Below, in pieces: positions 58,595 to 64,000 of a stretch of DNA of 64,000 nucleotides. Location: contig JAFPVW010000189.1 of NCBI GenBank assembly GCA_017395215.1, positions 1,473 through 65,472 of the forward strand, written 5' to 3'. Source of the stretch: Prevotella sp. GTDB taxonomy: Bacteria > Bacteroidota > Bacteroidia > Bacteroidales > Bacteroidaceae. Position numbers and translations under genes: made by a program. The notes under the pieces were generated by a model. That model was not told the origin of the DNA, made no database searches, and saw only the letters and a list, made by a program, of their open reading frames with translations. How positions within the stretch are numbered: the stretch's first letter is position 1; every line of letters begins with the position of its first letter.

Positions 58595-58689
58595 AAAAGG
58601 CGGCGGGTTACGAGCAAAAGGCGGCGGGTTTTGCGGAAAAGGCGGCGGGTTACGAGCAAAAGGCGGCGGGTTTTGCGGAAAAGGCGGCG
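58595..58689 (+). repeat. 21-bp tandem repeat (42-bp higher-order unit), 4.5 copies
   Basis: aaaaggcggcgggttacgagc alternating with aaaaggcggcgggttttgcgg. Confidence 0.92.
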
Positions 58690-58809
58690 CCCCGATTGTT
58701 ATAATGTGTCGAAAAATGCTAAATTTACGCCGAAAGTGTGTTGCGTCTCATAAATATTATGTATCTTTGCAGTCTGTATTGCTTAAAATAAGGTAAAAAA
58801 GGATTGAAA

Positions 58810-59574
58810 ATGGGAAAAATCATAGCATTAGCCAACCAGAAAGGCGGCGTGGGAAAGACAACGACGACCATTAACCTGGCCGCCTCGCTGGCTACGCTAG
58901 AGAAAACGGTGCTGGTCATCGACGCCGACCCGCAGGCCAACGCCTCAAGCGGACTGGGCGTGAACATTCAGGAGGTAGACTGCTCCATCTACGAATGTAT
59001 CATCGACAAGGCCGACGTCCACGACGCCATCTACACCACCGACATTGAGGGGCTGGACATCATTCCGAGCCACATCGACCTGGTGGGCGCTGAGATTGAG
59101 ATGCTGAACCTGAACGACCGCGAGCGCGTCATCAAGCAGATTCTGGCACCTATTGAGAACGAATACGACTACATACTGATTGACTGCTCGCCGTCGCTGG
59201 GTCTCATCACCGTGAACGCCTTGACGGCCGCCGACTCGGTCATCATCCCCGTGCAGTGCGAGTACTTTGCCCTGGAGGGCATCTCGAAGCTGCTGAACAC
59301 CATCAAGATCATCAAGTCGCGACTGAACCCGAAACTCGAGATCGAGGGCTTCCTGCTGACGATGTACGACTCGCGCCTGCGCCTGGCCAACCAGATTTAC
59401 GACGAGGTGAAGCGCCACTTCCAGGAACTGGTGTTCAAGACCGTCATTCAGCGCAACGTCAAGCTGTCGGAGAGTCCCAGCCACGGTCTGCCCGTCATCC
59501 TCTACGATGCCGACTCGACTGGTTCAAAGAACCACCTGGCCCTGGCCAAGGAAATTATAAACAAGAATAAGTAA
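58810..59574 (+). CDS. parA: Chromosome partitioning ATPase ParA/Soj
   Basis: NQKGGVGKTTT, DADPQAN, DCSPSLG; promoter TATCTTTG at 58762. Confidence 0.96.
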   Translation: MGKIIALANQKGGVGKTTTTINLAASLATLEKTVLVIDADPQANASSGLGVNIQEVDCSIYECIIDKADVHDAIYTTDIEGLDIIPSHIDLVGAEIEMLNLNDRERVIKQILAPIENEYDYILIDCSPSLGLITVNALTAADSVIIPVQCEYFALEGISKLLNTIKIIKSRLNPKLEIEGFLLTMYDSRLRLANQIYDEVKRHFQELVFKTVIQRNVKLSESPSHGLPVILYDADSTGSKNHLALAKEIINKNK

Positions 59575-60497
59575 TGGCTGTAAAGAAGAAATACGCAAAC
59601 AGCAGCGTCCTGGGGCGCGGGCTGGACGACATAGGCAGCGGCCGCGGCTTAGATGCCTTGATCGACACATCGGACGTGAAGACTGGCGGCTCGTCGAACC
59701 TCAACGAGATTCCCATCGACCAGATAGAGCCGAACCCCGACCAGCCGCGCCGGGAGTTCGACCCGGAAGCCATGCAGGAGCTGGCCGGAAGCATCAAGGC
59801 ACTGGGCATCATCGCTCCTATCACGCTGCGCAAGGTCAGCGAGGGCCGCTATCAGATCATTGCCGGCGAGCGACGCTGGCGCGCCTCGCAGATGGCTGGA
59901 CTGACGTCAATACCGGCCTACATCCGCACCGTCGAGGACGAGAACGTGATGGAGATGGCACTGGTTGAGAACATCCAGCGCGAGGACCTGAACGCCATTG
60001 AGATTGCCCTGGCCTATCAGCATCTGGCTGAGACGACGGGCATGACGCAGGCCAAGATTTCGGAGCGCGTCGGCAAGAGCCGTGCTGCCGTCACCAACTA
60101 CATGCGCCTGCTGAAGCTCCCCGCACAGGTACAGATGGCGCTGAAGGACAAGGAGATCGACATGGGCCACGCCCGCGCCCTGCTGTCGCTCGACAGTCCC
60201 AGCCAGCAGATCAAGCTGTTCAAGGACGTGCAGAAGCAAGGCTACTCCGTGCGCAAGGTAGAGGAGATGGTGCAGCAGATAAAGAATGGCGAGGAAATGC
60301 CGGGCGCCAGAAAGGACGGCACGCCAAAAAGCCAGCTGCCCGCCGAGTACAACGCCCTGCGCCAGCGTCTGGCCGACTTCTTCCAGGCCAAGGTGCAGAT
60401 GACCTGCTCGCCGAAGGGCAAGGGGAAGATCAGTATTGCCTTCGAGAATGAGGAAGAGCTGGAGCGTATCATGAACGTGTTGGACGGAAAGAAGTGA
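59574..60497 (+). CDS. parB: Chromosome partitioning protein ParB/Spo0J
   Basis: NPDQPR, IAGERRWRA, ENIQREDL, HTH, GHARALL. Confidence 0.96.
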   Translation: MAVKKKYANSSVLGRGLDDIGSGRGLDALIDTSDVKTGGSSNLNEIPIDQIEPNPDQPRREFDPEAMQELAGSIKALGIIAPITLRKVSEGRYQIIAGERRWRASQMAGLTSIPAYIRTVEDENVMEMALVENIQREDLNAIEIALAYQHLAETTGMTQAKISERVGKSRAAVTNYMRLLKLPAQVQMALKDKEIDMGHARALLSLDSPSQQIKLFKDVQKQGYSVRKVEEMVQQIKNGEEMPGARKDGTPKSQLPAEYNALRQRLADFFQAKVQMTCSPKGKGKISIAFENEEELERIMNVLDGKK

Positions 60498-60498
60498 A

Positions 60499-61254
60499 AT
60501 GAAGACGACCGTTTTAGCCATACTGATGATGCTGTGCTGTATGGGCTGTCTGGCCCAGACGGACTCCACGCGGTATGAGCCTGTCGGCAGCGACTCCATC
60601 TTTGTCATCAGCAGCGATTCCGCACTGCTGCAGGACCTGGCGCCGCTCGACACCATTGTGGAGCAAGAGGTCAAGCAGCTGGAAATGAGGCTGCCGCTGC
60701 CCGACTCCACCCTGACGCCGAAAAAGAAGCAGAAGCGCGACTGGGCCACCTGGGTGCCCAGCCCGCAGCGGGCACTGTGGCTGGCCCTGGTGATTCCCGG
60801 CGGCGGACAGATCTACAACCGCAAGTACTGGAAGCTGCCCATCGTCTACGGAGGGTTCATGGGCTGTATCTACGCCCTGACGTGGAACAACACCATGTAC
60901 AAGGACTACTCGCAGGCTTTCATCGACATCTCCGACGACGACCCCGCCACGGCCAGCTACATGAAGTTCATGCACCTGGGCCGCGTCATCAACGACCAGA
61001 ACTTAGAGCGCTACAAGACGCTCTTCAAGAAGCGTAAGGACAAATACCGCCGCTGGCGCGACCTGAGCTTCTTCGTGATGGTGGGCATCTACGCCGTCAG
61101 CGTCATCGACGCCTACGTCGACGCCGAGCTGTCGGTTTTCGACATCTCGAAGGACCTGAGCCTGAAGGTACAGCCCACCGTCATCGGCAACCCGCTGGCT
61201 GACAACCCCATCTATGCCTCGTCGCTCGGGGTGAACTGCAGCCTTAACTTTTAA
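60499..61254 (+). CDS. DUF5683 membrane protein
   Basis: PGGGQIYNRKYWKLPIVYGG, IDAYVDAEL; downstream of parB as in other Bacteroidetes. Confidence 0.8.
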   Translation: MKTTVLAILMMLCCMGCLAQTDSTRYEPVGSDSIFVISSDSALLQDLAPLDTIVEQEVKQLEMRLPLPDSTLTPKKKQKRDWATWVPSPQRALWLALVIPGGGQIYNRKYWKLPIVYGGFMGCIYALTWNNTMYKDYSQAFIDISDDDPATASYMKFMHLGRVINDQNLERYKTLFKKRKDKYRRWRDLSFFVMVGIYAVSVIDAYVDAELSVFDISKDLSLKVQPTVIGNPLADNPIYASSLGVNCSLNF

Positions 61255-61266
61255 CACGACTGAATT

Positions 61267-62640
61267 ATGAAGAAATACCTGTTACTGCTTGCAATGATGC
61301 TTGCCTCTGCCAGTGCCATGATGGCACAGGACGTCTTCGACCTCGACGACGAAGACGAGGAAGAGGAAGAAGAGATTGAAATGACTGAAGACGAGGTCAT
61401 GGTGACCGACCAGGAGGGCAACGAGGAAATCATCGACTTCCCCGAGGCCATGACCTACGACCTGGACTCGCTCATGAACCTCTACATGTCGAAGACCTAC
61501 CTCAGCGAGGATGCAGACTGCCGCACGACCGAGGAGAACCCCACCTTCGACCGCGACACCTACCTGGAACGCCTCAAGCGCATGCCGACCATCATGGAGA
61601 TGCCTTACAATGACGTCGTCCAGAAGTTCCTCGACCGCTACAGCGGCCGACTGCGCCACTCGGTGAGCTACATGCTGGGCGCCTGCAACTTCTACATGCC
61701 CATCTTCGAGGAGGCTCTCGAAGCCTACGGCCTGCCACTGGAGCTGAAATACCTGCCCGTCATCGAGTCGGCCCTCAACCCGAAGGCCGTGTCGCGCGTC
61801 GGGGCCACCGGACTATGGCAGTTCATGCTGACCACCGGCAAGCAGTACGGACTCGAGGTGAACTCGCTCGTCGACGAGCGCCGCGACCCCGTCAAGGCCA
61901 GCTACGCCGCCGCCCACTATCTGAGCGACCTCTACAAGGTGTTCGGCGACTGGAGCCTGGTCATCGCCTCCTACAACTGCGGACCGGGCAACATCAACAA
62001 GGCCATCCACCGCGCCGGAGGCGTGAAGGACTACTGGCAGATCTACCCCTACCTGCCCCGCGAGACCCGTGGCTACGTGCCGGCATTCATCGCTGCCAAC
62101 TACATCATGACCTACTACTCGGCACACAACATCTGCCCGCTGCGCACCCGTCTGCCGATGAAGACCGACACCGTCGTCGTCAGCCGGAACGTTCACCTGC
62201 AGCAAGTTGCTGCCGTGCTCGGCATCGACATCGACATGCTGCGCACGCTCAACCCTGAGTACCGCCGCGACGTCGTGCCAGGACTCACCAAGCCCTCAGC
62301 CATCAAGCTGGCGATAAACGACGTCACACGCTTCATCGACAACCAGGACTCTATCTACAACTATAACGCCAGCGAACTTCTGAGCAAGCGCGACGAGGTG
62401 GCCGTTCCCGACGACCAGCCCACCTTCACCACTTACAAGAAGGCGAAGAAGGGGCGCAAGGCCACCGTCCGCAAGGGCAGGAAGGCCAAGACGACGAAGG
62501 CCACTGCCAGAAAGAGCAGGAAGACAAGCGCAAAGACGCGGAAGGCAGCTGCCAAGGCAAAGGCCAAGCCGAAAGCCAAAGCAAAGGCCAAGGCAAAGCC
62601 GAAGGCAAAGGCAAAAAGCCGCTCACGCAAAAGGAAATGA
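61267..62640 (+). CDS. MltD-like lytic transglycosylase with Lys/Ala-rich tail
   Basis: IESALNP, GLWQFM, ASYNCG, ETRGYVP. Confidence 0.9.
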   Translation: MKKYLLLLAMMLASASAMMAQDVFDLDDEDEEEEEEIEMTEDEVMVTDQEGNEEIIDFPEAMTYDLDSLMNLYMSKTYLSEDADCRTTEENPTFDRDTYLERLKRMPTIMEMPYNDVVQKFLDRYSGRLRHSVSYMLGACNFYMPIFEEALEAYGLPLELKYLPVIESALNPKAVSRVGATGLWQFMLTTGKQYGLEVNSLVDERRDPVKASYAAAHYLSDLYKVFGDWSLVIASYNCGPGNINKAIHRAGGVKDYWQIYPYLPRETRGYVPAFIAANYIMTYYSAHNICPLRTRLPMKTDTVVVSRNVHLQQVAAVLGIDIDMLRTLNPEYRRDVVPGLTKPSAIKLAINDVTRFIDNQDSIYNYNASELLSKRDEVAVPDDQPTFTTYKKAKKGRKATVRKGRKAKTTKATARKSRKTSAKTRKAAAKAKAKPKAKAKAKAKPKAKAKSRSRKRK

Positions 62641-62677
62641 CATTTTTCAGGCACATGCCAGACAAGGAGGAACAAAT

Positions 62678-64000
62678 ATGGACGATGAAGAGAGAAAACA
62701 AATACAAGCCGACGATGAACTGATAAACGGAGCATTCCAGGAACTGCTGAACAGCTACCTGGCCTCGCGCCACCGCAAGAAAGTTGACCTTATCACCAAA
62801 GCCTTCAACTTCGCCCGGCAGGCTCACAAGGGCGTGCGGCGACTGTCGGGAGAGCCTTACATCATGCACCCCATCGCCGTGGCACAGATAGCGTGCTCGG
62901 AGATAGGGCTCGGCTCTACCAGCATCTGCTCGGCACTGCTCCACGACGTCGTCGAGGATACCGACTACACCGTCGAGGACATCGAGAACATCTTCGGCCC
63001 GAAGATAGCCCAGATTGTCGACGGCCTGACCAAAATCTCGGGCGGCATCTTCGGCGAGCAGGCCTCGGCACAGGCCGAGAACTTCAAGAAGCTGCTGCTC
63101 ACCATGAGCGACGACATACGCGTCATCCTCATCAAGATTGCCGACCGCCTGCACAACATGCGCACCCTGGAGTCGCAGCCCGCCAACAAGCAGTACAAGA
63201 TTGCCGGCGAGACGCTCTACATCTACGCGCCACTCGCCCACCGCTTAGGTCTCTACAAGATCAAGTCCGAACTCGAGAACCTCAGCTTCCGCTTCGAGCA
63301 TCCTGAGGAGTTTGCCAGCATCAAGTCGAAGCTGGCTTCTACCGAGGCCAAGCGCCACGAGCTCTTCGACGAGTTCATCGTGCCCATCGAGGTCGAACTG
63401 CAGAAGATGGGCCTACAGTACACCATCAAGGAGCGTGTCAAGACACCCTACTCCATCTGGACCAAGATGCAGAACAAGCACGTCACGTTCGAGGAGATCT
63501 ACGACATCCTCGCCGTGCGCATCATCTTCACCCCACGCTCACGCGAGGAGGAGGTCAACGAGTGCTTCAAAATCTACGTCGCCATATCGAAGATTTACAA
63601 GAGCCACCCCGACCGGCTGCGCGACTGGCTCAACCACCCCAAGACCAACGGCTACCAGGCCCTGCACGTCACGCTCATGTCAAAGCAGGGACACTGGATA
63701 GAGGTGCAGATACGCTCCGACCGCATGGACGAGGTGGCCGAGCAGGGACTCGCCGCCCACTGGAAATACAAGGAGGGCGACGACGAAGAGGAGTACACCG
63801 AGGACGAGGCCGAGCTCAACGAGTGGCTGCGCACCATCAAGGAAATCCTCGACGACCCGCAGCCCGACGCCATGGACTTCCTCGACGCCATCAAGCTCAA
63901 CCTCTTCGCCTCCGAGATATTCGTATTCACGCCCAAGGGCGAAATCAAGACCATGCCCGCCGGCTGTACCGCCCTCGACTTCGCCTTCTCCATCCACACC
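62678..64000 (+). CDS. relA: Bifunctional (p)ppGpp synthetase/hydrolase (truncated by window edge)
   Basis: Not in the ORF track because it has no stop in the window; GEPYIMHP, LHDVVEDT, KIADRLHNMRT, PKTNGYQALH, EVQIR, AAHWKYK, FTPKG. Confidence 0.95.
   Translation, partial: MDDEERKQIQADDELINGAFQELLNSYLASRHRKKVDLITKAFNFARQAHKGVRRLSGEPYIMHPIAVAQIACSEIGLGSTSICSALLHDVVEDTDYTVEDIENIFGPKIAQIVDGLTKISGGIFGEQASAQAENFKKLLLTMSDDIRVILIKIADRLHNMRTLESQPANKQYKIAGETLYIYAPLAHRLGLYKIKSELENLSFRFEHPEEFASIKSKLASTEAKRHELFDEFIVPIEVELQKMGLQYTIKERVKTPYSIWTKMQNKHVTFEEIYDILAVRIIFTPRSREEEVNECFKIYVAISKIYKSHPDRLRDWLNHPKTNGYQALHVTLMSKQGHWIEVQIRSDRMDEVAEQGLAAHWKYKEGDDEEEYTEDEAELNEWLRTIKEILDDPQPDAMDFLDAIKLNLFASEIFVFTPKGEIKTMPAGCTALDFAFSIHT

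Noticed and set aside
58595-58689. Possible CRISPR array
   Set aside because: Contiguous 21-bp units with only two alternating 6-bp tails; no unique spacers and no cas genes
58163-58810. parS site or oriC near parAB
   Set aside because: No TGTTTCACGTGAAACA-like palindrome or DnaA-box cluster recognised by eye

Overview
Chromosomal segment of a Bacteroidetes bacterium, most consistent with a rumen-type Prevotella/Xylanibacter (TAnnTTTG promoters, T9SS genes, xylan/pectin CAZymes). The GC-rich core carries tpiA, folE, pepD, aroA, sprE/porW, porX, tsaE, rsfS, ftsH, cdsA, lpxB, surE, parAB, a lytic transglycosylase, a partial relA/spoT, tRNA-Pro(GGG) and tRNA-Gln(CTG), plus PL1, GH10-CE1, GH30, GH43 and GH127/146 genes and two CotH kinases. 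Accessory patches lie at about 15.6-22.7 kb, 27.4-33.5 kb and 41.4-46 kb. Main observations: (1) a VirE/VapE-type primase-helicase gene bracketed by 85-bp iteron-rich inverted repeats, with an internal long hairpin and a perfect sigma-54 promoter, plus a gene-less 267-bp element of similar architecture but different iteron sequence; (2) two long 5' leaders with the same nested fold and possible terminator/antiterminator switch; (3) a Y1/RAYT transposase with terminal inverted repeats whose motif recurs at the breakpoints of truncated genes and around toxin-antitoxin modules; (4) a single-chain ABC importer with a circularly permuted binding domain in an operon with an HD alarmone-hydrolase-like gene and a STAS gene; (5) a candidate operator at identical spacing upstream of both xylanase operons. 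No CRISPR array, reverse transcriptase or integrase was seen. All family calls are by motif recognition, not database search.
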